A stretch of DNA of 64,000 nucleotides from Podarcis cretensis (GCA_951804945.1 OX638151.1:67146001-67210000); one strand, 5' to 3'; positions 12,711-25,278 are shown, counted from the stretch's first letter. The notes: generated from the letters alone by a model not told the origin. Numbers and translations are program-made.

Positions 12711-13576
12711 ATTAAAGTAAAGGGTTGCCATCCAACACCTCAGCTGTTGCATTGCAAAAAGCTATAATAATTGGGTTTCTTTTCAAATGCTTTCATGTGT
12801 TTCTCTTATTGGTTTTGCAAAGCCAGACTCTGGCAGCCAGAGTTAGAATGTCTTGCACAATAGATTCTGACTATTGCTGCTGCCAAGAATTGCTTACAAA
12901 GTGGAATAAATGGAAGCCCAATGGCACTGAAGACCAGGTGGGAAAGTATCCTGAAGTTGTTTTGTGTATGTATTTTAAAAAAAGATTGTCCAAACTTTTC
13001 GAACTACAGTCTTATGCACCCTTTAGGCCATTTCATATGATGTGACAAATGGGCTTGTTTTCAACACTGGAGATGCCTTCCACTGATTCGAGTAGAATTT
13101 GATCAGATTCACAATATTTCCTGTGCCATGGTGCCCTCGTCTTTTATCAGTTGTGGGAATCCACAGGATGAGAGAGTGCTGTTGCACTCAGGTCCTATAT
13201 GCATCTGGTTGGCCCCTGTGAGAACAAGATTATGGACTGGATAGGCAACTAGCTTGATCCAAGAGGCTCTTCTTATGTTTTATATGTGCCAGAAATGGGA
13301 AAAATGTATTTTGTGGATTCATCAATAATATGGGCGCCATTTTGAACTTTCTGTAAATGACTATTTATTTGTGTGCACATTCTATTAAAATAAATCAGGA
13401 ATGTGCTCTTTTTCCTTCCATTCTGTGACCTTGATTGTTTGAAGAGAGAGGTGGTGAACTAAACTATGCCAGAACCTGGTGAAGGCGCTGTGGTTCCAGC
13501 TCCAAGGAGCCTGCCTAGTTCTGCTTCTGGGCAGCTTGATACAACAGCAGCTGCAGATCATGCCCATGATGTACAC

Positions 13577-14511
13577 CAGATGTGGGGAACCACTGACCTA
13601 TGTACCAAACATGGCCCCCTGGGGCTTATTTGACTTATGAGGTTGCTTTGGGAGAAGTCCAACAGTAGATGTCATATATGACTTCAGGTGCTGAGCATGT
13701 AAGGGCAAGGCTTCAAAAGAATGATTGGGAACTTAAAATGTGCTCCTATTTGCTCCTTTGTGGTGGAACATGGCTTGTTTCCAACTGCCCATCAGGAGGA
13801 GCACACCTTGGTCAAGTTGGGTGAAGCTGTCTGATGGAGCCACTTCTCCTTCCCAATGCACTTTCCCCTTTGCCCCCTCCTGCTGCCATTGCAGCTGGGA
13901 TAAGTGACAGAAGAAAGCCTGCATTTTCAAATCATTCTGTTGTTCACTTAGCAGCAGCGGGAGAAGGGTGAAGGGAAGAATTCTTCTGTACCTTGAGAAC
14001 ATTCCCATACCCCTCCTTTGAAGCTCTAATGGATTTCCAAGCTCTTTCATGCCTTCTAAAGCCCACACCATAGTGATCCTCTCATCCTCCAAACTTGAGA
14101 TTGAAAGGATCAGCACTGGGCTGACACTGCAAGACGCTGAGGGGCTTAGAAATCTAGAGTTTAAAGGAGGGGCTGTGGGGATGCTTGAAAAGTGCTGCTT
14201 TCAATGCTGGTCCTTTCAACCCAGATAAGGGGAGGGCAGACTTTCCAAACTTCCCTTTCAGAGGTTGAAAGGAAAGACTTGCAAGACCTGCGAAGTCCAC
14301 CCTGCACTGATCCTTTCAATCTCCAGTTTGGGCAGGCTTTGCAAGGGCTTGTGGCAGGTGGGTGAGACAGCCCACAAGTCAATCATGTGATGTACTCATG
14401 AAAGCACATGATTGACAGGTGGGCTGTCCCACCCAGCTGTTAAAGTTGATCCATAGGGTGAGACTAGATAAAGATCTGGCCCACTAGAGCCAAAAAGTTT
14501 CCCCATCCCTG
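13577..14511. mobile_element. Old non-autonomous hAT-like element
   Basis: Imperfect TIRs CAGATGTGGGGAAC / GTTTCCCCATCCCTG. The last about 130 bp resemble the end of the element at 56134-57462. No recognisable TSD. Confidence 0.55.
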
Positions 14512-15940
14512 GCTTATACCAAAGGGACCTTTTCCAAGGCTCTTAGCTGCAGGACTGTGGACTAGTTGCAGCTCTGGCCTTGGGGACACTTTAACTGTAG
14601 ATAATGGGCATGCCTGTGGACCTAACAAAATAATTAATAAATAGTCCTGTTAAGAAGGAAGCTCTGGATTGATTTCGTGTGAGCTTGCACTGCTTATATT
14701 TCAAACCCTGTGTGACTTTGCAGCATTGGAAGACTTAGGTCCCATCATTATATCTTATGCATCTCTTTACTCTGTGATGTTCAAGTTTTTTCTCCCCTTC
14801 AGGCTACTGAAACACATAAACCTGATTTTGTCTATTAAACTAAAGGAACAGTGCGGGCAGAAAATACACGAAGTACCCAAAAGACTTGAACAGCAGAGAG
14901 CGGGTGGGCTGGCCCCACCTAAGTAAAATATAATTACCACCTTTGGGAATGTTAATATTTTTCCAAGTCCACATTTTAATATTGCTTCCCTCAAGCTTTT
15001 AAAAATGATGAATCAGACCTGACAAAATGAGACACTTGCAAACACCCACATATGCACTCAAGGTTACCCCATTATCTGAATTTAGATGATTGGGAAGGGT
15101 TGATCAGATGGAATCCAAGCCCACTGTTAATATGACTTCATTTGATCCATGCATCTGGTAATTCAAAAGCTCTGGGAAATTCCCAAAGCTACTGTTGATA
15201 TGTGTTCTACTCAGACTTTCATGAGGATTTTTATTTGCTTCCTTTGTCTTGCCATTTAGTGTTCACTTGGGCCACATTCTCAAGCTTACTCCTCGTTCAA
15301 TAAAAGTGAGAGCCCAGATTCCATGCCATCGCCTTCATGAAGTTGGAATGTAAAGTGAGAAAGTCCAAATAAAAGCAAGCATTACCTCTCATGAAAGCCC
15401 ACGATGGTAGTCATGCATCTGCAAAATGTATAGGCAGAAGGCAGCTATTCTGCCAATATCTACCAACCGAAACCCAACAAAAATGAGTAAATTGCCAATT
15501 TTCATGCAGATCATTGCCTTCTCATTTTATTATGTCCTCTTGATTTTTTTATACCTCCTAACTCTCACCCTAGATGCATTTATAAATGAAGGGGGAAGTA
15601 TTCTGCACTGTAATTTGAGTTTAGAGAAGAAGAGGGAAGGGTTTATTCCAACACAAGAAGAATTACTGCAGAGCACAGCAAGTTTGAAGGGAAGATTAGA
15701 TGTAACTTCCTTGACTCCTTCCATCCCCTCACCATACACCCCCAATTAGCTCTGGAAGTGGAGTACCTATCTTCTCTTTTCTCAATTAGTTCCATCCTTC
15801 AAAGTTCACAAAATGGAGTGATCCTTCCATCCCTCTCCTGGACTTGGTCTCTTCGGATGGGGTTTTAAATGACTCAATGGCTCTAGAGGGGAATTATCTT
15901 TGTTCAACACTAGTTTTGAGAGCTCGGAAGCCTTTCATCA

Positions 15941-16362
15941 TGACACATTCACCATGCGTGCCATCCCAGATAAGAAAAGCAAATGTCTAGTTAACTCTAT
16001 ATTGGCAAACAAAACACTTAAAGCAGTTTCCATGGCGCTGTGGATACAAACATAGACATCCTTCTAGCCTCCAGGCAGTGACCCACAGGTCTGGGCCCTA
16101 TGGCATAGCTGCAGAAAAAGGGGGTCCCCTCCCCTCCTCCAGCTTATATACACTCCTCTGATGGGTTGCGTGCCCACATCCTGAGACTTCTCTTGCATGG
16201 AAGCCATTGCAGCTCTTCCCCTTTCAAGCCCTTCCTAGTTCTAAGAGATAGTGGGGAGTGGGGAAAGTAGGGAATCTACTGACCCTTTCTTTTCCTGAAC
16301 CATCCCTTCTTCCTCCACAACTTTCTGCGTGCCTTTCTCTGCCTTCGACTCGCTTTGTGTCA
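15941..16362 (-). mobile_element. Candidate solo LTR
   Basis: Bounded by inverted TGACACA/TGTGTCA; TATATAA on the minus strand at 16144-16150; higher GC than flanks. No TSD found. Confidence 0.3.
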
Positions 16363-17630
16363 TGCCTAATTCAGTTCAGGTTCAGAAAATTAAGCTTTGT
16401 TCCTCCCTAATTCATTATTATGCAGATTTTTTTTCTTTTAAAGCCTATAATTTTTTCTGTTGACATAATTGAATGAAATTGGTAGACATAGTAGCCTCTC
16501 ATGAGCAGTTAATGACTTCCAAATTAGGGACAAATAGGTCCCTAATTTTCTTTTTTCGTGCTGAATTAGATGAAATTTGGAGAGATGGTAGTTTCTTTAA
16601 TGGGATGAATACTGTCAAATTCCAGAAGGATAGCTGAAGTGGGTTTCCTTCAAGGGAAGCCCTTACTGGGTTTTTCAACATATTCAGGACATTTTGGACA
16701 TATTACACTTTGGATTTCCCTGAATTCACTGCATCCCTCTACTGTTTGGTACTCCCAGCTGTAGATCATTCCCTTAATTCATGCTACAGTGTTCATTCAG
16801 AAAGAAGGATATTAATATGCTTGAATTGTTGTTCAACTGTGCTAGTTTTACTACACATTTCCTGCCAAAATCACTTGCCAAACAAACTCTAGAGGACTGT
16901 CTGCATCGTGAATGATCCTGTGGGAGAAAGGGTGGGCTGAGCTGAACCAATGTATTTGTGTAATCAGTTGTCAGATGTAAACCTCTGCTGAGAAAATAAC
17001 AGTGCGTATAGTACACTCCCCTGGTTGAATATCATTAGGAAAATACAATGGGGAACACTTGCTGACCAGCTATGTTAAGTAATATCAGTGGTTTTAAGAA
17101 GAGGAGGATGGTCACTTAACTCCATTTTCAAATCTCGAGAGATGCATATGTTTCTTCACTGGAAAATCTATAAAAGGCTAGATTACAAATTTTCCACCCA
17201 AGTGTTTGATTTAGTATGTTAAAAAAAAAAAAAATCCTCTGAGGCTCTGTCAGCAGAAAACCCTGCCGCACAGCATTGCTTAAGCACTCAAATGGAAGTA
17301 ATTATGTTTTCATGGTTTCTAAATTAGCTAAGCAAAAATTATCTGGAAGTTTCACAAGGGAGATTCATTTTATTATGTCAACAAAAATTCTGTGGGTTAG
17401 GTAAAAATACATGTTGAAACATCCTTTCCAATCTCGCTGCTTCAGGAAGGAACTTGTGCTGCTCCAAAGTCTGTATATTGCAATTGCTTCCAATCTATTT
17501 AGCTCTCAAAGACCCAGTTCACACATAATGCCAAGCCAAACTGTGGCTAAGCATAAACTCACAGGTATTCACAGGGGGGGCGGGGGATCATGGTCTCTTT
17601 GCTCCACCTCTAGTCCTCCTGCTGCTGTGA

Positions 17631-17800
17631 GTGAAGCCATGTTTGGCTTAGCATATTGCCTACACCCAGGCTAATGGTTTGTATCTCCCCAGAAAAACAA
17701 TGAGCTGTAATTGGTTTGTTTTTCAGCTTAGAACTTGTAGTTTGTCTGGAGGAGACAAGTCATAAGCCTGGATAACATGGGAAGCCAAACCATGGCTTCA
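17631..17800. repeat. Imperfect fold-back (palindromic) element
   Basis: TGAAGCCATGTTTGGCTT pairs with AAGCCAAACCATGGCTTCA; CCAGGCTAATGGTTTGTATCTCCCCAGAAAAAC pairs with GTTTGTCTGGAGGAGACAAGTCATAAGCCTGG. Confidence 0.7.
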
Positions 17801-18177
17801 TTTGCAACAGTGCAGCTGCAGAGGACCATGGGAAGAGCAAATCAGTCGTCATTTCTCCTCCAGCAATTTTGTTGCTTCTGAAGGAGATGCTGGACTTTTA
17901 ATTGCATTGAAACATGGGAGGCTGTAGAGCTACAGTCTTTTGAGTTGGTTTAATATATTTTTTTGTTAACTTTGCTGTGTTAAATGAGCTGACCTCCTTT
18001 GTAATGTTTCATTTTGAAATTTTAGCTTCCTGCTAATTACGTTGCTTTGAATGTACAGTATAGTTTTCATTTTATTTTTTGCAGTAACATTTCATTCTGG
18101 ATTGTTTTATTTGATCTTTTAATGTGTTATAGACAGCTTTGAGATTCCACCCCCTTAAAAATGTAAACTGTATAGAA

Positions 18178-18179
<2 letters not shown>

Positions 18180-18214
<35 letters not shown>
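18180..18214. repeat. (AAT)n microsatellite, likely a LINE tail
   Basis: Directly visible. Confidence 0.9.
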
Positions 18215-18978
18215 GAGTCTTTAAACTGCCTACATTTAAAGAAAGAATCCTAAGAATTTTTAGTTCTCATTGTCCTTAGTGTTCTTCAGATGTCTTAAAA
18301 TATAATATATATTCTGTATTTAGTAATTCAGCCAATAGTCCAGAAATACTCCTGGAGTTGCAAGAATTAGGTCAGAATGGATCAAAATTTGAAGGAAATG
18401 AAGTGAGGAAAAACCAGCATGAAGGACAAAACTCATTTCATTTCCTAGCTGAAGCGTAAGTTGGCTTTTGTGCTGTCATGATGGCAGTCCCTTCTGTCTC
18501 CAGTCCCTTAACACCATCCTTGACACCAGGCACTGGAACTGACCTGCATCTGAGATCAAGCTTCGGATAATTAAGCTAGCAAGAATCCATCTTTTCCTGT
18601 AGCTGGAGAGAAATGGATGATTTGCCGGCTGAATGATCTGCTGAAATGATAAGGACAATTAGAACTTGGCTAGCTGTGGAATCTGCCTTTCTGCTCATCT
18701 TAATGATGTAGAGCCTAGCAGGAGAAAATAAATCCTCAACCAAAAAGAAAGACCTGTCGCGTGATGAGAACAAAGTATTTGCACATGTGTAGAATTAAAT
18801 GTATATTTCAAGATAAGGTGGTAGAAGCCCAGGGGTCAGTACTATCGAGGAAATGAGCAATGACATATTGCGTTCTGATGAGATATAGGCTCTTTTCCAC
18901 AGCCCACAGCCCACTCCTCAGTCAACCACCCTTTTCCAAGCCTTTCACACATCATGGCCACCTGTAATTTCCTTTGTA

Positions 18979-19198
18979 CAGTGGTTTCTCGGGTTACATA
19001 CGCTTCAGGTTACAGACTCCGCTAACCCAGAAATAACACCTCAGGTTAAGAACTTTGCTTCAGGATGAGAACAGAAATCGTGCAGTGGTGGTGCGGCAGC
19101 AGCGGGAGGCCCCATTAGCTAAAGTGGTGCTTCAGGTTAAGAACAGTTTCAGGTTAAGAACAGACCTCCGGAACGAATTAAGTACCGAGGTACCACTG
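18979..19198. mobile_element. Tc1/mariner MITE, second copy of the 8398-8635 family
   Basis: TIRs CAGTGGTTTCTCGG / CCGAGGTACCACTG, TA on both sides, interior nearly identical to the first copy. Confidence 0.92.
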
Positions 19199-21621
19199 TA
19201 TGTTGATTACTAGTCCTATACTTATTTTTGAAACTTAAAAATATGTGAGCATCCAGTCACCACAATGCCTTCACAGTCATCTTTGGCTTACTTGCCCTCT
19301 AAATCTATTTCTTTCTTCTGATCCTAATGGAATTCCATTGCAATAGCCCTTGGTGAAAATACATTTTCCAAGGTGCATTAGGTCTTTGGGTCCTGCCGCA
19401 GTGCTCTACAGTGTTCCAGGGGCCAAGAGTAATGAGAGGCCCTTCCTTCCATCTCTGTGCAGCTGTAGTACTACCATTGCGGCTGCTGACCCAGGGGGAT
19501 TAGTTTGGTTTAAAGTGAACATGTGATAATTTAGGGGGTTCTAATGATCATTTCTTTGAGAGATCCCTATGAGCCCCCAAAGCTTGTATCCTGGGTAGAG
19601 CGAGTTTTGTCAGCATGAAAATTTTCCCAACTCTCAACTTTCTGAAGTTGTGTGGGGCTCAGCAAAGCAAGAGATTCTTCTTCCTCCGCTTTCAGTCCAT
19701 GGGGGCCATGATAGAGGTGTATAAGATTATGCGTGATGTGGAAAAAACAATATTTCCCCCTCTCTCATAACACTAAACCCAACATCCGATGAAGCTGAAT
19801 TCTGGAATATACAGGGCAGACAAAATTAATTCTTCGCATAGGATGCCTCTGAATACTAGTTGCTGGAGAATACAACTGCACTCATCGTCTGCTTGTGAGC
19901 TTCCCATAGGCAGCTAGTTGGCCACAGTGAGAAGAGCAGGGGTGCTCTCTTATACTTTTAAGATCCACCCTAGAGCTGATCAACAATGAATGAAGCATTG
20001 TCAATGGTTTGTTCATTATATTACATTCTCATTTTAAATAATTATGATAAAAATGCACTCTGCCTTGATGCTGATGGCTTCTTAAAGGCTTAACAATTAT
20101 ACAGAAATGCTGCAAATGATCTCATGTTCTCAGAAGATGGCATACGTGACAAGATAAAAGACAATGTACAGGGAAGGGAAATGCCAGGCAAGCAAGAACC
20201 TCAGATTTTGAGAACTTCAAAGGAACTTGGTAGGGATACTATAGGGATACAGCTAGACTTCCCCAAACCACACATAAATGAGACCTTGCCTCTGTTATTA
20301 ATGTTGGTGTCATCTCTCCATGGTTCTCCCACTTCTAGACTGAACAAAAATATAAGAGAGGTAATGAGTGTCCTCTTCTAGAGCCTCTCCTTTGGGAGGT
20401 TTTCTTTCACCTATTCAGTTTTTGATTCTTTTGTTGGAGCCAAAGAAACACGGCAAAAACGGGCTTAACTTAGAACATTTTCTGAAGTCTGGACTTAGCC
20501 TTTTTGACTCTTAGAATTATCCCTGTTCCTCACTTCTGAATTTAGCCTCATTTCTGCTTTGGAGGGAAAAAAGAATTTCTGAACATATAAGACATGCAGT
20601 AGAACAATTCTGGAACATAGAGCAAATCACTCTATTGATTTGTCTCAATTCAGTTCATTGGAAATTGTTGGCTCTTTCACATTTTTAACTCAAAGTAAAT
20701 TTGATAACAATTTCCAAGCCCTTTTCGTTTTTAAAATTACTTTCCAACATTTTTATACTTTTAGGTGCTCATTAGCATTTTAAAACTTTTTATGTCCTGT
20801 TAGAGTTGAACTTTATTTCAGTGAACTTTTTTTAAAAAGTTCTGAAGTCCATTTTAGCTAATTTATATTGCCTTGGCTTTTGTGTCTAAGGACCCCATTT
20901 AACTTTCTTTTTTAAGTGTCTAGAAAATTTAGCAATGCTTCAAATTGGTTTCAAAAATTCAAGTAGTGTGCAGGAGGGGAATTAAATGGAGGAAGGGTTA
21001 TTTATTGTGTTTCAGCAATTGGGATCAAGTTGAGTACAGGAGGATATGAGAGGAGGTCATATCATTTAACCAAGTGCTAAATGCTAGTGGTTCAATTAGC
21101 CATTTTGCTTGCCACTTTGGCGATGCCTGCTTTGTCAAGTGCCAGTCTTTTTATCTCAAGTTTTGAGTTTCTCATCTCACTGCTGCCAATGCAATCATGT
21201 CGGCTTTCCCATATACTCAGTGTAAAGCTGTAATTTACTATAATCATTATATCCATTCTACTTGCAGTAAAAATTATTAGCTCGGGTTACCACCAAGCAA
21301 ACTCTTGAATTTTGCATACTTAAATAAAATGTTAACACATTCCAGTAAAATTCTGTGTTCATGATGGTGGTTTTGTCTCTAGTTAGACCAGACTTCTCTT
21401 CTTACATTCGATTGACTGGAACTGGGGATTGATTTGTTTGTTGAACAAAGAAATTCTAAAAGAAAGGATGTAAGCCTTCTGTGAGGATTCCTTTGGTGGG
21501 GTGATATTAAGTAGTATATAGAGATGGATTATAATAAACACAAAACGTTGGATTGTGACAGTCTAAGCTTTATATGCTCTAGAATGTTTTTAATTGCTTA
21601 AATGATTCTGTGTGAAACCTT

Positions 21622-21654
21622 ACAAACAAACAAACAAACAAACAAACAAACAAA
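21622..21654. repeat. (AAAC)n microsatellite
   Basis: Directly visible. Confidence 0.9.
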
Positions 21655-22508
21655 GACATATTCAGGTATTCAGATCTAGAATTAAATTAATTCTACATTA
21701 GCACACAAACACAGAAGCTCCTCCCCATTCTTGTAGAACAAGCAGCTTTCTGTAAACATGGTTCTTGAACATTTTAGATTCCTGGAAAATCTGTGTTTTT
21801 AATCCCACCTCATAAATTCATTATCTACCTCATGAAGGGTGATGGGATGGCAAAGGTAGTATGTTTCTCTCTAGCCCCCTTTGTATATTATGTTAATGCC
21901 TAAATAGAACACATGAAGATGCAAGAAACAAGGTGCAAAATGACACTCCTAGAAGCATATTGATTATGCACTTTTATAATACACAATTTATAAAGGTTCT
22001 GGGAAGCATATGGTGTCTCTTCCATCGTTTATGTTTCGGCTGAGAAACTTGGTGATTGGAAGTTAATCAGTGAATATATCCTGTTATTGAGAGATGCTAA
22101 CACAGTCTCTGTGTATATAGAATATACCTCATCTCTCATCTCTTTTCCACATTGGCCACTGAACAGATATGATTATGAAAGTCAGCCCAAGGTTGGGTAT
22201 ATATGAATCTAGGGTCATTTAATTTTGCATTTTTTTTACTGCCAATTACCAATTAGAAGCTAAAAATGTTCACTGCTCATGGTGTCATGGTAGAGTAAAC
22301 TTGTTGATTATTATTTTTAAAGCAGCAAAAGATTAATTTTTATAATGTAAAAGTAGTTGATACTATTTATTTTTGTTATTGGACTTGACAAAAGATCAAT
22401 AACTTGCTTATTAAGTTTCATTTATTTGTTTTCTGACTATATATCACCACAATAATCCCATGATGAAATGCGAACTTTCACTGTAGCTGTTTTCTTTAGT
22501 AAGTGCTA

Positions 22509-22649
22509 GACCCACAGATAGCTGAGTCGGTAGAGCATGAGACTCTTACTCTTGGGGTTCAAGCCCAACATTTGGGCAAAAGATCCCCCCTACGTTGCAT
22601 GGGGTTAGACTCAAGGTCCCTTCCAACTCTACAATTATATGATTCTATG
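22509..22649 (+). mobile_element. tRNA-Lys(CTT)-derived SINE with CR1-type 3' tail
   Basis: TAGCTGAGTCGGTAGAGCATGAGACTCTTA...GGTTCAAGCCC matches the tRNA-Lys head. The tail GGTCCCTTCCAACTCTACAATT.TATGATTCTATG is the CR1 3' end. Confidence 0.85.
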
Positions 22650-22858
22650 TGAGGCCTGCCTTTCCAGGAATGAAAGAATTTCCCATTTTTCCCATTGATG
22701 AAAGGTGCTTAACAAAAAAAGGTTTTTTAAATAAATAAATAAATTCTTGAAAAAGATTATTTAAAAAAAACTCTTCCCAAAAAAGTTCCTTTAAAAGAAT
22801 CAAGTCCTTAAAAAAAAATTCCCTAAAAAAGTCTTTAAAATAATCCTTCCTAAAATTG

Positions 22859-22936
22859 CCCAGTATCACCTTAGAGACCAACTAAATTTGTTATGGTATG
22901 AGCTTTGGTGTGCATGCACGCTTCTTGAGATACCTG
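22859..22936 (-). mobile_element. Penelope-like element terminal fragment with degenerate hammerhead ribozyme motif (22895-22934)
   Basis: Reverse complement of 40639-40714; minus strand reads GGTAT-CTCAAGAA-GCGTGCATGCACAC-CAAA-GC-TC-ATACC. Confidence 0.75.
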
Positions 22937-23499
22937 ATTATGAATGTTTTGGACTGTTGGTAGATCTCTGTCCTCTATAAAACTGTTATATTCCCTATTA
23001 AAACTATCTAAGTCTGTATACATATCATACTTTTAAAGCACACACACTCCAAGAATTTTGGGAGCTGTAGCTTGCCCCAAAAGAGCTATAACTCCCAGCA
23101 CCCTTAACAAACTACAGCTCCCTGGGTGCTGCTCTTTCTAGGTGCTTTAAATGTATGGTGTGCACTCAGCCTAAGTCTAGACTCCACTTTCTTGAGCCTT
23201 TTGTCATTTTTTTTTTGGGGGGGGGGAGTGGAGAAGGTTCCCTCACTCCAGTTTCCTTCCAAATATTAGAATGCATATTTTTTTCTTCTTAATTTTAGAA
23301 CAGTTTCCTCCAGTGATGGCTGCTGTGGGGTTTGTGTTTCCGCATTAATATTGCACTGACCACTCTGTAGGCATGGGTGTTTGAACAAGCTGGTCTCTCC
23401 CCTTCTTGCAAAGCATCTGCAAGCAAGCAAGGGGGAATGGCTAGCATTGTTCCAGACTTAATCGCATTAAACAAGCTGATCTGCCAGATAAATCTGTGC

Positions 23500-23865
23500 T
23501 CGCATCCCCGGTGGGCGTATTGGTAAAAAAGCTGATCAACTATGGTGTTCCCTGCCCCCCAAAAGCCCTTCCTACGCATCTGGGGGCGCCCCAGTGAGTG
23601 GGGGAGCTGTGTGGCTTTGCCGGCGGCCTCCCCTTTCCCTGCACGCCTGTCACGTGTGCCCCATCAACCATATGGTTGGCGGGTGTGCAGCTTCCTTCCC
23701 AAGCCTCTGCAGGAGGACAGCGATCCCTGCAGAGGCTTGGGAAAATTGGGGGGGGGGGGCGCCGGAGGGATCTTTGCACCACGTCGCCAGATATGCTTAA
23801 TACGGCCCTGTGGGGGAGGATTTCTGGTTTCACCTCAGGCACCAAAATGTCTGGGGCCGGTCCTG
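23500..23865. mobile_element. GC/CpG-rich hAT-like MITE remnant (one terminus recognisable)
   Basis: Abrupt GC-rich island ending GGCACCAAAATGTCTGGGGCCGGTCCTG, a CAGG(G/A)CCGGC-type terminus. Left TIR and TSD not found. Confidence 0.5.
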
Positions 23866-24316
23866 CTTAACTGTTATGGGTTCCCCAAAGATTTCTATGG
23901 TTTTTAAAGGTGCTGAGAGATATTATGAGACCTCTATTCCCTTCACAGAGCTACAACTCTCAGAGTGACTTAGCAATCAAGTCATCTTTCCAGGGGACTC
24001 TGGGAATTTTAGCTCTGTGAGTGGAATGCGGGGGGAACTCAGTGTCAGTTCCCCCCCTCTCATAATTGTCAGCATGGAGGCCCTAATGTGGATCACCCTC
24101 CTGCAGTTTGTATTGAGGGGAAATGTTGCATTTAATTAAACTGGCCTTTTTTGCATGAAGGTTGTGTGAGTATCAAGACCACAGTGAAATGGTGGGTGAG
24201 TAAGGGTTAAAAAAAGCCTTCACTGGCAATTAGAAAAGAAAAAAGCAACACCCCTGTGCCCGAAGGCAGAACTACACAGTTAAGATGATATGCTGTTCTA
24301 TTTTGTTTTGTTTTTG

Positions 24317-24349
24317 GCGCGTGCACGCGCACGCGCACGCGCACGCGTG

Positions 24350-24375
<26 letters not shown>
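24317..24375. repeat. Alternating purine-pyrimidine tract (GCACGC)n followed by (CA)n
   Basis: Directly visible. Confidence 0.92.
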
Positions 24376-24380
<5 letters not shown>

Positions 24381-25196
24381 AGTTTTTTCTGGCTGCTTTA
24401 GAAAACAATATAAAAATACAATCAAATCCTGTTGCAAATGCACGCTAATATCATGTTAATGCTACAGAAAATAAAATCAAGCAAGAAATCAGTGTATATG
24501 TTTGGTCCTCACAGAGAGAGACTGAGATCTCATGATTTGGGCTGAAACTGAATACTCCCTGAATTCTAGTACTTGATGTTTCTCTCTGCATCATCCCTGG
24601 AGTCTTGCAGTGCTCAAGAGTTCAGGTGGGCATGGAGATAGCTCTATCCATTTATTGCGGAGGATTACACCATTTCTGCTGCTGCTATTGACACGGATTT
24701 CGGCTAGGCATCAGAGGAGCTATGATACCAGTGCCTTTATTATTCCTTCCATCACATTTTTTATCTCTTGCTTGGCAGAAACAGAGAACGAAGATAGGTA
24801 CAGGCATATTAATCTTATACTTTCAGTTTCACTGTGAATGTGGTATTCAGCTGAATTGCTGAGGTAGAAAATGCAAGGGCCTTGTCACCTAGGCAGTATG
24901 TGAAAAATCTGCCCTCTTTTTACTGGAAAATACTTGCTTCATTTTAAAATGGTATATTTGTTCTAAATATTCTGCATATTGCAGGCCAGAATGAGAGGGC
25001 AAGGGCACTGAAGTAGCCTTAATTAATAGCTGACCTTTGTGTAAATCAAGAATGGTGAAAATGATTAAATTCAGGAGTGAAACCTAGCAGCAAGTTCAGC
25101 TGTAATGAAAAAGTGTTGTCTTATATCTGCACCCTGCACTGATGGGAATTCTGTAGCAGTGACGGTTGTAAACATTTTTTTCTTTCTCTTTGACAG

Positions 25197-25278
25197 GTAA
25201 TATTTGAGGCCGAAGTCTCAGATGGAAGAAATGGCTACATTGCCATTGATGACATCCAGGTTCTGAGTTACCCTTGTG
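25197..25278 (+). CDS. PTPRK: PTPRK internal coding exon (82 bp, exon 4 by mammalian numbering): end of MAM domain, [27 protein letters not shown]
   Basis: Polypyrimidine tract and AG at 25195-25196, GTAAGT donor at 25279. Translation carries the MAM C-terminal motif GYIAIDDI and joins the next exon in frame (G+AT=Asp). Too short for the ORF track; read by hand. Confidence 0.96.

Noticed and set aside
22509-22575. tRNA-Lys gene
   Set aside because: The cloverleaf is incomplete because of an internal deletion, and the head is fused to a CR1 tail, so it is a SINE. The same applies to 26287-26340.
1-25196. Upstream PTPRK MAM exons or a promoter
   Set aside because: No MAM-like peptide in the ORF track and no CpG-island promoter outside transposons, so these lie upstream of the window.
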